Shown here in pieces: positions 32,202 to 41,885 of a stretch of 64,000 nt of DNA. Positions within the stretch are counted from its first letter, which is position 1. The number at the start of each line of letters is the position of its first letter. The position numbers and the translations under genes are program-made. The notes beneath the pieces were generated by a model, which made no database searches, had not been told where the DNA came from, and saw nothing but the letters and a program-made list of their open reading frames with translations. The stretch comes from an uncultured Acidobacteriaceae bacterium (GTDB lineage: Bacteria; Acidobacteriota; Terriglobia; Terriglobales; Acidobacteriaceae), in assembly GCA_963758835.1 (NCBI GenBank), contig CAVWWZ010000015.1:128249-192248 (forward strand), in the 5' to 3' direction.

Positions 32202-32903
32202 ATGGCAGACGAGAAGAAACAGAAGGCGCAGCAGGGCGGACAGGCGAAGCCGCAGGCGACAAGAAGCCCAAGGCGGCAAGAAGGCTGAAGCCGGCAGGCG
32301 AAGCGCGGCGAGCAGCATGGAAAGCCGGCGCGGCCGAAGGCGACCAATCGCGAGACCGCGCGCATGCGCGACCGCTACTACAAAGAGGTTTTGCCGGCGC
32401 TGATGAAGGAGCTCGGCCTCGAGAATCCGATGGCCGCTCCCAAGCTGGAGAAGATCATCGTCAACATGGGTGTGGGCGAAGCGACGCAGAATGCCAAGCT
32501 GATCGATCCGGCGGCGACCGAAGTCGGCCAGATCACCGGCCAGAAGCCGGTCATCACCAAGGCGCGGAAGTCGATTGCGGCCTTCAAGGTTCGCGAAGGC
32601 ATGCCCATCGGTGTGATGGTGACGCTGCGCGGCGACCGCATGTACGAGTTCTTCGATCGCCTGGTGAACGTGGCCCTGCCGCGCGTTCGTGACTTCCGCG
32701 GCGTGCCGACCAAGTCGTTCGACGGACGCGGCAATTACACCCTGGGTGTGCGCGATCAGCTGATCTTCCCGGAGATCGATTACTCGAAGGTCGAGAAGAT
32801 GAAGGGCATGAACATCACGATCGTGACCTCGGCGGGCAGCGACGATCATGCGCGCGCGCTGCTGAAGCACATGGGAATGCCGTTCCGGCAGCCAGGACAG
32901 TAA
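32202..32903 (+). CDS. rplE: 50S ribosomal protein L5 with a Lys-rich N-terminal extension (the extension is frameshifted)
   Basis: The core is ORF 32364-32903: [39 protein letters not shown]...MNITIVTSA. The upstream ATG at 32202 reads [18 protein letters not shown]. Confidence 0.9.
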
Positions 32904-33038
32904 GCAGTTGCCGGTAGTCAGTTGACAGTCGAAGCGGCGAGCGACATAAGTTAGCCCAGCGCTTCGAGCTGGTGGATAACAGGATCAAGTCCGAAGGGAC
33001 GGCAGAAGCTAAGAGCTAAAGGCTAACAGCTAAGAGCG
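32904..33038. repeat. Chimeric heptad spacer: CAGTTG-type left module and AGCTAAG-type right module that are not complementary (rplE|rpsN)
   Basis: The left module is gcagttgccggtagtcagttgacagtcg (32904-32931). The right module is gaagctaagagctaaaggctaacagctaagagcg (33005-33038). Confidence 0.85.
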
Positions 33039-33048
33039 AAAAGGAAAC

Positions 33049-33234
33049 ATGGCAAGAACATCACATATCGCCAAGTCGAACAAGAAACCCAAGTTCTCGA
33101 CCCGGCAGCACAATCGCTGCAAGATCTGCGGACGTTCGCGCGCGTATCTGCGCAAGTTCGGCCTTTGCCGTCTGCACTTCCGCGATCTGGCGCTTCGGGG
33201 CGAGATTCCCGGGGTTGCGAAGTCGAGTTGGTAG
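33049..33234 (+). CDS. rpsN: 30S ribosomal protein S14, short type Z (61 aa, intact)
   Basis: The protein is [61 protein letters not shown]. Confidence 0.95.
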   Translation: MARTSHIAKSNKKPKFSTRQHNRCKICGRSRAYLRKFGLCRLHFRDLALRGEIPGVAKSSW

Positions 33235-33238
33235 ACAG

Positions 33239-33283
33239 CGGTTAGTGGCTAGTCAGTTAGCGACAAGTTGAGTAGTGAGTACG
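33239..33283. repeat. Left-type heptad module only (rpsN|rpsH)
   Basis: The sequence is cggttagtggctagtcagttagcgacaagttgagtagtgagtacg. Confidence 0.7.
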
Positions 33284-33370
33284 TCGCGGCTGGTTCTTAC
33301 GATTCCGCTTCCGGCGGCACCGATACAGGTCGCAGTAAGCGAACGGGCGACGATATTAGGAGAACAGAGC

Positions 33371-33769
33371 ATGAGTTTGACCGATCCGGTCTCAGATTTC
33401 CTGACCCGAGTTCGCAACGCCATCAAGGCGCGCCAGCAGAAGGTGGACGTTCCTCATTCCAAGCTGAAGGTGGAGATGGCCCGCATTCTGAAGGAAGAGG
33501 GCTACATCGCGAACTACAAGGCGACGGACGAAGAAGGCCGCAAGGTCCTGCGCGTGTACTTGAAGTACAGCCCGGACAACACTTCGCCGATCTCGCGACC
33601 TGAAGCGGGTGTCGCGTCCCGGTTGCCGCGTCTACGTGGGGCACAGCGAGATTCCGCGCATGCTGGGCGGGCTGGGAATCAACATCCTGACCACGCCCAA
33701 GGGCGTGATGACCGGCCGCCAGGCGCGCAAAGAAGGCGTGGGCGGCGAAGTCTGTGCGAGATTTACTAG
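33371..33769 (+). CDS. rpsH: 30S ribosomal protein S8, frameshifted near 33590
   Basis: The protein reads [46 protein letters not shown]...[28 protein letters not shown]. Confidence 0.95.
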   Translation: MSLTDPVSDFLTRVRNAIKARQQKVDVPHSKLKVEMARILKEEGYIANYKATDEEGRKVLRVYLKYSPDNTSPISRPEAGVASRLPRLRGAQRDSAHAGRAGNQHPDHAQGRDDRPPGAQRRRGRRSLCEIY

Positions 33770-33903
33770 CAGCTGTCAGCTGATCGGCTGTCAGCCGTCG
33801 AGTCACAGCGCGCTGAAGGACGAGCGCGACGCTCCGACTCAGGATGACAAGGCTGTATTAGAGCTGATAGCTGACAGCTAAGAGCTGACAGCTAAAGGCT
33901 GAA
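33770..33903. repeat. Heptad stem-loop module, CAGCTGT/ACAGCTR flavour (rpsH|rplF)
   Basis: The left arm is cagctgtcagctgatcggctgtcagccgtcgag and the right arm is gagctgatagctgacagctaagagctgacagctaaaggctgaa. Confidence 0.88.
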
Positions 33904-33907
33904 TACT

Positions 33908-34446
33908 ATGTCGAGAATTGGAAAGAAGCCGATCCCGTTGCCCAAGGGCGTGACCTACGCCGTCGAAGGCAACACGGTTCGCGTGAAGGGCCCCAAGGGC
34001 GAAGTCGTCACTCACATGCCGGGCGGCGTGAAGCTGGAACAGAACGATGGCGTTCTGACGTCGTGCGCGAAGACGATTCCAAGGCTGCGGTTCATGGCCT
34101 GGTGCGCGCGCTGGTCAACAACTCGGTGGAAGGCGTCACCAAGGGCTGGACCAAGGAACTGGACATCGTCGGCATCGGCTATCGCGCCGAGATGAAGGGC
34201 AAGAGCATGGTGGTGTTCACCCTGGGCTATTCGCACCCGATCGAGTATCCGCTGCCTGCCGGCATCGAGGTGACCATCGATCCCAAGCTGACGCACCTGA
34301 CGGTCGGCGGCATCGACCGGCAGAAGGTTGGATTCGTTGCTGCGGAAATGCGCGGCCTGCGTCCGCCCGATCCGTACAAGAACAAGGGCGTGCGCTACAC
34401 CGACGAGCGGCTGAAGAAGAAGGTCGGCAAGACCGGCGCGAAATAA
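33908..34446 (+). CDS. rplF: 50S ribosomal protein L6, one frameshift near 34060
   Basis: The protein reads [32 protein letters not shown]...[28 protein letters not shown]...[15 protein letters not shown]. Confidence 0.95.
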
Positions 34447-34516
34447 CGTTGTCGGTTGCCGGTTGTCAGTGACAGCTGAGCGGCGATCAGGACTCGAGGC
34501 TAAGAGCCAAGAGCTG
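34447..34516. repeat. Heptad module with a local TGTCA-G-TGACA palindrome and an AGCTAAG-type tail (rplF|rplR)
   Basis: The sequence is cgttgtcggttgccggttgtcagtgacagctgagc ... ggctaagagccaagagctg. Confidence 0.8.
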
Positions 34517-34582
34517 TTACGACGGGATGGCGCGCGAGCGCACCGTTACCCGGTTCAGAAACCCGGGACAGAGGAAGAGAAG

Positions 34583-34961
34583 ATGATTTCGAAGAACTTC
34601 GAAAGATAAGACGCGGCAGAAGGTTCACACCCGCATCCGCAAGAAGCTGGCCGGCACGACGGAGCGTCCGCGGCTGAACGTCTATCGCTCGGTGAACCAC
34701 ATCTATGCGCAGGTCATCGACGACGCCAAGGGCGCGACGCTGGTTGCGGCCACTTCGGTTGAGAAGGGCAAAGGCATCAAGGGCGACAAGCGTCCGACCG
34801 GCGGCAACGTGGCTTCGGCGAAAGAAGTGGGCAAGCTGATTGCCGAGCGCGCCAAGGAGAAGGGCATCAAGAAGGTGGTGTTCGATCGCGGCGGCTATCT
34901 GTATCACGGCCGCGTCAAGGCCCTGGCCGATGCCGCGCGCGAAGCCGGACTGGAGTTCTAA
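34583..34961 (+). CDS. rplR: 50S ribosomal protein L18, one indel near 34605
   Basis: MISKNFE is followed by [40 protein letters not shown]...[28 protein letters not shown]. Confidence 0.93.
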
Positions 34962-34964
34962 GAA

Positions 34965-34995
34965 CAGTTGTTAGTTGCCGGTTGTCAGTTGTCGG
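34965..34995. repeat. Left-type heptad module (rplR|rpsE)
   Basis: The sequence is cagttgttagttgccggttgtcagttgtcgg. Downstream, only the degenerate cgacagaagccgaatagcgagaaacgagag is present. Confidence 0.8.
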
Positions 34996-35055
34996 CCGGT
35001 ACGCTCAACAGACTAGAATTTGGCGACAGAAGCCGAATAGCGAGAAACGAGAGAA

Positions 35056-35565
35056 ATGCCAACAGTAAAGAGAAAGCTTGACGCCGGTCAGTACCAGCTG
35101 AAAGACCAGGTGGTCTCGATCAACCGCGTCACCAAGGTCGTGAAGGGCGGCAAGAACCTGTCGTTCGCGGCGCTGGTGGTGGTGGGCGATCCGGGCTCGG
35201 CGGTCGTCGGTTACGGTTCCGGCAAGGCGAAGGAAGTTCCGCAGGCCATCCGCAAGGGCATCGAGTCGGCCAAGAAGAACCTGCTGCGCGTGAACCTGAC
35301 GCAGACCACGATTCCCCACCAGGTGCTGGGCCGCTACGGCTCCGGCATGGTGCTGCTGAAGCCGGCTCCGGAAGGCACCGGCGTCATTGCCGGCGGCGCG
35401 GTGCGCGCGGTCATGACCTCGGCCGGAATCCAGAACGTGCTGACCAAATCCATTGGAACCACCAACCCGCATAACGTGATCAAGGCCACGTTCAACGCGC
35501 TGGGCAAGCTGCGCGATCGCAAGGACGTGGCGGCGACGCGCGGCAAGTCGGTCGAGGAGCTGTAA
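35056..35565 (+). CDS. rpsE: 30S ribosomal protein S5 (intact)
   Basis: The protein reads [27 protein letters not shown]...[15 protein letters not shown]...[16 protein letters not shown]. Confidence 0.97.
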   Translation: MPTVKRKLDAGQYQLKDQVVSINRVTKVVKGGKNLSFAALVVVGDPGSAVVGYGSGKAKEVPQAIRKGIESAKKNLLRVNLTQTTIPHQVLGRYGSGMVLLKPAPEGTGVIAGGAVRAVMTSAGIQNVLTKSIGTTNPHNVIKATFNALGKLRDRKDVAATRGKSVEEL

Positions 35566-35567
35566 AC

Positions 35568-35790
35568 ATGGCGCGTATTCGCAAGAAAGAAGTAGTAAAG
35601 GCCGGCCGCGCCGGGAACCAAGATGCAGTTGAAGTGGGTCCGCTCGGCCATTGCGGCTCCGGTGAAGCAGAAGCTGGTGATCAAGGGACTGGGCTTCACC
35701 CGCTTGAACCAGGTCGTGGAGCGGGAAGACACGCCCTCGATCCGCGGCATGGTGGCCAAGGTGCCGCACCTGGTTGAGATCGTAAAATAG
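35568..35790 (+). CDS. rpmD: 50S ribosomal protein L30, frameshifted
   Basis: MARIRKK... is followed by [53 protein letters not shown] in a second frame. The stop TAG is at 35788. Confidence 0.85.
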
Positions 35791-35916
35791 TTGTCAGTTG
35801 CCAGTTGTCAGTTGTCGGTCAGAGGCAATCGGCGAGCTCGAACTACGAGCGGTGGAAAGAGTCGCAAGCCGCGGTTATCGACTGACAACGGACAACTGGC
35901 GACCGACAACTGAAGG
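35789..35916. repeat. Heptad stem-loop module that begins inside the rpmD stop codon (rpmD|rplO)
   Basis: The left arm is (t)agttgtcagttgccagttgtcagttgtcggtcag and the right arm is cgactgacaacggacaactggcgaccgacaactgaagg. Confidence 0.9.
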
Positions 35917-35923
35917 TTAGACA

Positions 35924-36363
35924 ATGAATTTAAGCAATCTACGAGCACCCCGCAAAGCGTCGAGAACAAGCAAGCGCGTGGGCCGTGGTATGGGCTCGGG
36001 CATGGGCAAGACTTCGACCCGCGGCCACAAAGGCCAGCGGTCGCGCAGCGGTTCGCGCATCATGCGCGGATTTGAAGGCGGCCAGATGCCGTTGCATCGC
36101 CGTTTGCCGAAGCGCGGCTTCACCAACATCTTCCGGGTCGAGTACGAAGTGGTGAACCTGGAGCGGCTGGCGAGCTTGGGCGCAGGCGAGATCACTCCCG
36201 AAGTCGCTGCGCAAGGCCGGGATGGTGAGCTCGAAGAAGGCCCTGGTGAAGGTGCTGGGACAGGGCGAAGCTGTCGAAGCGCTTTCACCGTGCACGCGCA
36301 CAAGTTCTCCAAGTCGGCCCAGGAAAAGATCGAAAAGGCCGGCGGCAAGATACAAGTCTGTAA
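35924..36363 (+). CDS. rplO: 50S ribosomal protein L15, frameshifted. The end is placed at the conserved TAA at 36361, but as given the frame stays open to 36424.
   Basis: The protein reads MNLSNLRAPRKASRTSKRVGRGMGSGMGKTSTRGHKGQRSRSG...EGGQMPLHRRLPKRGF...KFSKSAQEKIEKAGGKIQV. Confidence 0.88.
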
Positions 36364-36364
36364 G

Positions 36365-36502
36365 GCAGTTGTCGGTTGTCAGTTGCCAGTTGCCAGATCG
36401 GAACTGCAGCGAGCTGATTGCTGACGTGAGCTGAACTGCTAGTTGAGTAGTCAGTTGCGGATTGTCAGCTGACAACTGACAACTGGCAACTGACAACTGA
36501 GG
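36365..36502. repeat. Heptad stem-loop module followed by TTTT (rplO|secY)
   Basis: The left arm is gcagttgtcggttgtcagttgccagttgccag and the right arm is cagctgacaactgacaactggcaactgacaactgagg. There is an inner palindrome ttgtcagctgacaa. Confidence 0.92.
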
Positions 36503-36507
36503 TTTTG

Positions 36508-37906
36508 ATGCTTGAGAAGTTGGCCAACGTATTCCGCGTTCCCGATCTGCGAAAGCGCATTCTGTTCACGCTTGGGCTGCTGGCGGTTTACCGCTTCGGC
36601 GGTCACATTCCGACGCCGGGTATCAACGCCGACAAGCTGGCGCAGTTCTTCGACCAGAACCGTGGCAGCTTCCTGGGCTTCGTCGACCTGTTCAGCGGCG
36701 GCCAGTTGCGCCGGCTGACCATCTTCGCCCTGGGCATCATGCCGTACATCACGGCATCGATCATTCTGCAGTTGATGACCGTGGTCTACGAGCCGCTGGC
36801 CAAGCTGCAGAAGGAAGGCGAGCTGGGCCGCAAGAAGATCACCCAGTGGACGCGCTACCTGACTCTGGTGTCTGAGCGCGGTGCAGTCGCTGGGTATCGC
36901 CTATCACGCTGCAGCGGCAGCCGGCGACTTCGTGGTCAATCCGGGCATCGGCTTCGTGCTGATGACCATGCTGACGCTCACCACGGGCAGCGTCTTCATC
37001 ATGTGGCTGGGCGAGCAGATCACCGAGCGCGGCGTCGGCAACGGCATGTCGCTGCTGATCTTCGCCGGCATCGTGGTTGGCTTGCCGCGCGGCGTCGCCG
37101 ACCTGTGTGAGAAGGTTCAGAATCGCAGGCATGGGGCGCGTTCACCGTTCCCGCCATGCTGATGCTGGTTGTGCTGATGGTCGCGGTAGTCGCGTTCATC
37201 GTCTTCGTGGAGCGCAGCGAACGCCGCATTCCGGTGCAGTACGCCAAGCGCGTGGTGGGACGCAAGGTCATGGGCGGGCAGTCGACGCACCTGCCGTTGC
37301 GGGTGAACTCCGGCGGCGTTATGCCGGTCATCTTCGCCTCGTCGGTGTTGACCTTGCCGCAGACGCGCGGGCGCGTTGCTTCAAGGACAACCGCTACTTC
37401 GGACCGCATGCTGCGATGCGCTGCGCTGGGGCGAGCCGCTGTACACGCTGCTGTACGCCGTCGGCATCATTTTCTTCGCGTACTTCTACGTGTCGATTGT
37501 CTTCAACCCGACCGAGGTTGCCGACAACATGCGGAAGTACGGCGGGTTCATTCCGGGCATTCGGCCGGGCGCGAGAACGGCGAACTACATCAACGACATT
37601 CTGACCCGCATCACCCTGGTCGGTGCGTTGTACCTGATCCTGATTTCGTTCATCCCTGAATGGATGATCGCCGGTATCCACCTCAACCACCTGTGCGGTC
37701 CGGTGGGCGCGTTCTTCGAGCAGCTGCCGACCTGGGTGACCAACGGTCTGGGCGTGAACTTCTACTTCGGCGGCACTTCGCTGCTGATCGTGGTCGGCGT
37801 GGCGATGGATACGGTCAACCAGGTCGAGTCGCAGCTGGTCATGCGGCATTACGAAGGATTTACCCCGCGCAGCGGACGTGTGCGCGGGCGCAGGGCGACG
37901 TGGTAA
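36508..37906 (+). CDS. secY: Preprotein translocase subunit SecY, at least 4 frame changes
   Basis: The protein reads [39 protein letters not shown]...[16 protein letters not shown]...[23 protein letters not shown]...[15 protein letters not shown]. An alternative TTG start lies at 36505. Confidence 0.95.
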
Positions 37907-37909
37907 GAA

Positions 37910-38022
37910 GCAGTTGTCAGTTGTCAGCTGGCCAGTTGTCAGTTAAGGCAAGCCTGAACTAGACTGGCAGCTGCATACGGCTAAGCTTAGCTGACAACCG
38001 ACAACTCGCCACTGACAACTGG
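37910..38022. repeat. Heptad stem-loop module followed by TTTTT (secY|adk)
   Basis: The left arm is gcagttgtcagttgtcagctggccagttgtcagtt and the right arm is agctgacaaccgacaactcgccactgacaactgg. Confidence 0.9.
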
Positions 38023-38133
38023 TTTTTCGGAGCTACCGGGAGGCTCCGGCCCGCTAGGCGGGCAGAAAGAGCTGTGGTTCGGCTAACGGGGTCGAGCCAT
38101 GGAGTGCACCGACTTCCTCGGCTGTGGGCGTAC

Positions 38134-38848
38134 ATGGCGAACGAGCGCATAGTCGGTCCCATAATCCTGCTGGGACCGCCGGCCGCCGGCAAGGGCACGC
38201 AGGCCAAGCTGATTGCGAGGACTTCGGCATTCCGCAGATCTCCACCGGAGACATGCTGCGGGAGAACGTGGCCCGCGAACACCGAGCTGGGCATGAAGGC
38301 CAAGGCGATCATGGAACGCGGCGAACTGGTTCCCGATGAACTGGTTTGCGACATGGTGGCGGGCCGGCTGCGCGAGGCGGATTGCTGTCGCGGGTTCATC
38401 CTGGATGGATTTCCGCGGACGGTGCCCCAGGCGGAGTGGTTGGACTGCGTATTTGGAGAAAGATGCGGGAAGACAAGGACGATGTAGCTGCGCAAGCAGG
38501 CCTGTGCGGCGCCGGTTGTGATCCGGTTGCTGGTAGATTATAATAATCTACTGCAACGGATTACCGGACGTCGTTCTTGTCCCACCTGTGGGCGGATCTA
38601 CAACGTTTACCTCCAGCCTCCAAAAGTCCAGGGCATCTGTGATGTCGAAGGACGCACTTTGGTTTGCGCCCCGACGATGAGGAAAGATGTTGTCGAAGAG
38701 CGCATGAAGGCCTATGAGCGGCAGACGCTGCCCCTGGTGGACTATTACTGGTCCTGCGGGACGGCTGGTCGAGGTCGATGGCGATCAGCCGGTGGAAGAG
38801 GTGATGGCGCAGGCGTTTAGTGCGATAGAGAATGTCAATCGTTTGTAA
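38134..38848 (+). CDS. adk: Adenylate kinase (Zn-lid type), several frameshifts
   Basis: The protein reads ILLGPPAAGKGTQAKLIA...ISTGDMLR...GFILDGFPRTVPQAE...RITGRRSCPTCGRIYN...VVEERMKAYERQTLPLVDYY. Confidence 0.9.
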
Positions 38849-39584
38849 GTCGTCTTCGGAAATCGAAAAGATGCGCCGCAGCGGACACATCGTCCGCCAG
38901 GTTCTGGAAGCGGTCAGGGAAGCAGTGGCTCCGGGCAGCTCGACGATGGATCTGGAGCGCGTAGCCGAACGCAAGATCAAGGACCTGGGCGCCAAGCCGG
39001 CATTCAAGGGTTATTACGATTATCCCTGCGTGCTGTGCACCTCGGTGAACAACGAGATCGTTCACGGCATCCCGTCGGAAAAGCGGGTGCTGAAGGCCGG
39101 CGACATCGTCTCCATCGATTGCGGTGTGGTGCTGGACGGCTACTACGGTGATTCGGCGATCACCGTGCCGGTAGGGCGATGAGGTCAAGCCGGAGCTGCA
39201 GAAGTTGCTGGATGTGACGCGCGAGTCGCTGGCCCACGGCATCGAGGCGGCGCGATCGGCAACACGGTCGGCGATGTTGGCGCGGCGGTGCAGCAGGTGG
39301 TCGAGGCCAACGGCTTCAGCGTAGTGCGCGAGTTTGTAGGACACGGCATCGGCACCAGGCTGCACGAAGATCCGCAGGTTCCGAACTACGGCACGCCGGG
39401 ACACGGTGCCGAAGCTGCGCGACGGCATGGTGATCGCCATCGAGCCGATGGTGAATATGGGCGTCCGGAGACGCGGCTGCTGGACGATAAGTGGACGGCG
39501 GTCACCGAAGACGGCAGCTACAGCGCCCACTTCGAGCATTGCATCGCGGTGACGAAGAATGGGCCGGTGATTTTGACGGAGTAG
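38832..39584 (+). CDS. map: Type I methionine aminopeptidase, frameshifted (about 39180-39290)
   Basis: The protein reads MSIVCKSSSEIEKMRRSGHIV...CTSVNNEIVHGIPS...DIVSIDCGVVLDGYYGDSA...FVGHGIG...IAIEPM...SAHFEHCIAVT. The gene overlaps the adk end by 17 nt. Confidence 0.93.
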
Positions 39585-39595
39585 TAGCGGCGGAT

Positions 39596-39694
39596 GCAGT
39601 GGCCTAGCGTGTGAGCAGCTGGGGTAGGGCGGGAAAAGTTCGAGTCTTCGGGGACGATCAAACTGGCAACTGACCACTGGCAACTGACAACTGA
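39596..39694. repeat. Heptad module with a degenerate left arm and a strong right arm (map|infA)
   Basis: The left arm is gcagtggcctagcgtgtgagcagctgg and the right arm is caaactggcaactgaccactggcaactgacaactga. Confidence 0.8.
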
Positions 39695-39705
39695 TTTGGG
39701 GATGA

Positions 39706-39924
39706 ATGAGTAAGGAAGACGCGATTGAAGTAATGGCAGTGGTGGTTGAGCCCCTGCCCAATGCGATGTTTCGAGTGGAGCTGGAGAACAAGCATCAGGT
39801 CCTGGCGCATGTCTCCGGCAAGATGCGCAAGAACTTCATTCGCATTCTTCCCGGCGACCGGGTGGCGGTGGAGTTGTCGCCCTACGACCTGACCCGCGGC
39901 CGCATCGTGTATCGGTACAAGTAG
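39706..39924 (+). CDS. infA: Translation initiation factor IF-1 (intact)
   Basis: The protein is [72 protein letters not shown]. Confidence 0.97.
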   Translation: MSKEDAIEVMAVVVEPLPNAMFRVELENKHQVLAHVSGKMRKNFIRILPGDRVAVELSPYDLTRGRIVYRYK

Positions 39925-40000
39925 CAGTTGTCAGTTGCCGGTTGTCAGTCGTCGGCAATCCGGAGCTGACGAACGGACAACTGATAACTGACAACTGAGG
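39925..40000. repeat. Compact heptad hairpin occupying the whole spacer (infA|rpmJ)
   Basis: The left arm is cagttgtcagttgccggttgtcagtcgtcgg, the loop is caatccgga, and the right arm is gctgacgaacggacaactgataactgacaactgagg. Confidence 0.93.
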
Positions 40001-40005
40001 AATTC

Positions 40006-40119
40006 ATGAAGGTACGGGCATCGGTAAAGAAGATTTGTGACAAGTGCAAGGTGATTCGCCGCCACGGCGTGGTTCGCGTGATCTGCGAAAACTCGAAGCA
40101 CAAACAGAGACAGGGATAA
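40006..40119 (+). CDS. rpmJ: 50S ribosomal protein L36 (37 aa; below the ORF-track cutoff)
   Basis: Manual translation gives [42 protein letters not shown] Shine-Dalgarno sequence lies 6 nt upstream. Confidence 0.93.
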   Translation: MKVRASVKKICDKCKVIRRHGVVRVICENSKHKQRQG

Positions 40120-40192
40120 CTAGCAGCAGCTAGCAGCTGTAGCCGATTGGCAGCTTGGCGAAATGCCAGAGTAGCTAAATAGCTAACAGCAG
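40120..40192. repeat. TAGC/AGCTAA-flavour heptad-like module followed by TTTTT (rpmJ|rpsM)
   Basis: The sequence is ctagcagcagctagcagctgtagcc ... gagtagctaaatagctaacagcag. Confidence 0.65.
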
Positions 40193-40207
40193 TTTTTCGG
40201 AGTAAAT

Positions 40208-40594
40208 ATGGCACGTATTGCAGGCGTGGATCTTCCGCGCAACAAGCACATCAAGATCGCGCTGACTTACATCTTCGGCATCGGCAACTCGCGCTCGGCC
40301 GAGATTCTTGGCTCGGCGAATGTCGAGTCCAACAAGAAGGTCAGCGATCTGAACGAAGATGAGGTCAACCGCATCCGCCAGGTCATCGAAGAGGGCGGCA
40401 ACGTCGAAGGCGATCTGCGTAAAGACGTTTCGATGCACATCAAGCGCCTGATCGAAATCGGCTCCTATCGCGGGTATCGTCATCGCCGCAGCCTGCCGGT
40501 TCGCGGCCAGCGCACCCACACCAATGCCCGCACCCGTAAGGGACCGCGCAAGGGCACGGTAGCCAATAAGAAGAAAGCGGCGGGGAAGACATAA
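40208..40594 (+). CDS. rpsM: 30S ribosomal protein S13 (intact)
   Basis: The protein reads [26 protein letters not shown]...[29 protein letters not shown]. Confidence 0.97.
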   Translation: MARIAGVDLPRNKHIKIALTYIFGIGNSRSAEILGSANVESNKKVSDLNEDEVNRIRQVIEEGGNVEGDLRKDVSMHIKRLIEIGSYRGYRHRRSLPVRGQRTHTNARTRKGPRKGTVANKKKAAGKT

Positions 40595-40597
40595 ACC

Positions 40598-41019
40598 ATG
40601 GCTAAAGCAGCGGTTCCGCCGCAGGCGACAAAAAGGGCAAGACGAAGAAGTTCAAGAAGAAGGAGCGCAAGCACATTCCTCACGGACTGGTGCATGTGCA
40701 GGCTTCCTTCAACAACACCATCGTCACCATCACCGACCCGACGGCAACACCGTGTCGTGGAAGAGTTCGGGGTCGCTGGGCTTCCGCGGATCGCGTAAGG
40801 GCACTCCGTTTGCCGCGCAGCAGGCCGCAGCCAACGCCGCCAACCAGGCGCGCGATCACGGCATGCGCAGCGTGGATGTGCGGGTCAGCGGTCCGGGTTC
40901 GGGACGTGAGTCGGCGGTGCGCGCTTTGGCCGTCGTCCGGCCTGGATGTCCGCTCGATCAAGGACGTGACGCCGGTTCCGCATAACGGCTGCCGTCCGCC
41001 GAAGCGCCGCAGAGTCTAG
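40598..41019 (+). CDS. rpsK: 30S ribosomal protein S11, frameshifted
   Basis: MAKAA... is followed by [41 protein letters not shown]...[17 protein letters not shown] and [20 protein letters not shown]. Confidence 0.93.
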
Positions 41020-41020
41020 A

Positions 41021-41150
41021 GATCAGTGGTCAGTGGCTAGAGCTGCCTCTGGTGCCCAATCCGGCTAGTGGGTCTCGAGAGCTTGGATCGAAGTGATTGG
41101 ATGCGACATCTGATCAACTGACCACTAATCCACTAGCCACTGACAACTGA
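41021..41150. repeat. Heptad stem-loop module, CAGTGGY flavour, followed by TTTT (rpsK|rpsD)
   Basis: The left arm is gatcagtggtcagtggctagagc and the right arm is gatcaactgaccactaatccactagccactgacaactga. Confidence 0.85.
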
Positions 41151-41252
41151 TTTTGATCGGGAAGAAAGGACGCCAAGTCCCGTAAACCGATCCGATAACA
41201 CGGACGGAGCGTAGACCAGGCTCTGACCCTACACTGATTCAGGAGAAGTAAC

Positions 41253-41885
41253 TTGGCACGTTACAAAGACGCAGTATGCCGCCTTTGCCGTCGCGAAGGC
41301 ATGAAGTTGTTCCTCAAGGGCGCAAAGTGCTTCACCGACAAGTGTCCGATCGAAAAGCGCAACTTCGCTCCCGGCCAGCACGGTAAAGATCGCAAGGCCA
41401 AGATCGTCGGCTACGGCCTGCAGCTTCGCGAGAAGCAGAAGGCGAAGCGCATGTACTTCGCCCAGGAAGGCCAGTTCCGCAACTACTTCGAGAGGGCTGC
41501 CCGCGCCAAGGGTGTCACCGGCGAAATTGCTGTTGCAGCAGCTGGAGCGCCGTCTGGACAACGTTGTCTACCGCCTCGGCTTTGCCGTAGCGCGCCGTCA
41601 GGCGCGTCAGCTGGTGCGTCACGGCCACGTCGTCGGTGAACGGCCGCAAGGTCAACATTCCTTCGTTCCAGGTGCACGTCGGCGACGAGATCGCGGTGCG
41701 CGAGAGCAGCAACAAGCTCGCGATTCTCGAGATCGCGAAGGAATTTGCCAGCCATCAGGCTCCGCCGACACTGGCTGGAAGTCGATCGCGACGGCTACAA
41801 GGGCCGGGTCCTGGCGCTGCCGAAGCGCGAAGACATCAACCTGCCTATCAACGAGCAGCTGATCGTCGAACTTTACAGCAAGTAG
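41253..41885 (+). CDS. rpsD: 30S ribosomal protein S4 (Zn-ribbon type), frameshifted
   Basis: TTG start behind AGGAG. The protein reads [36 protein letters not shown]...[15 protein letters not shown]...[13 protein letters not shown]...[12 protein letters not shown]. Confidence 0.93.
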
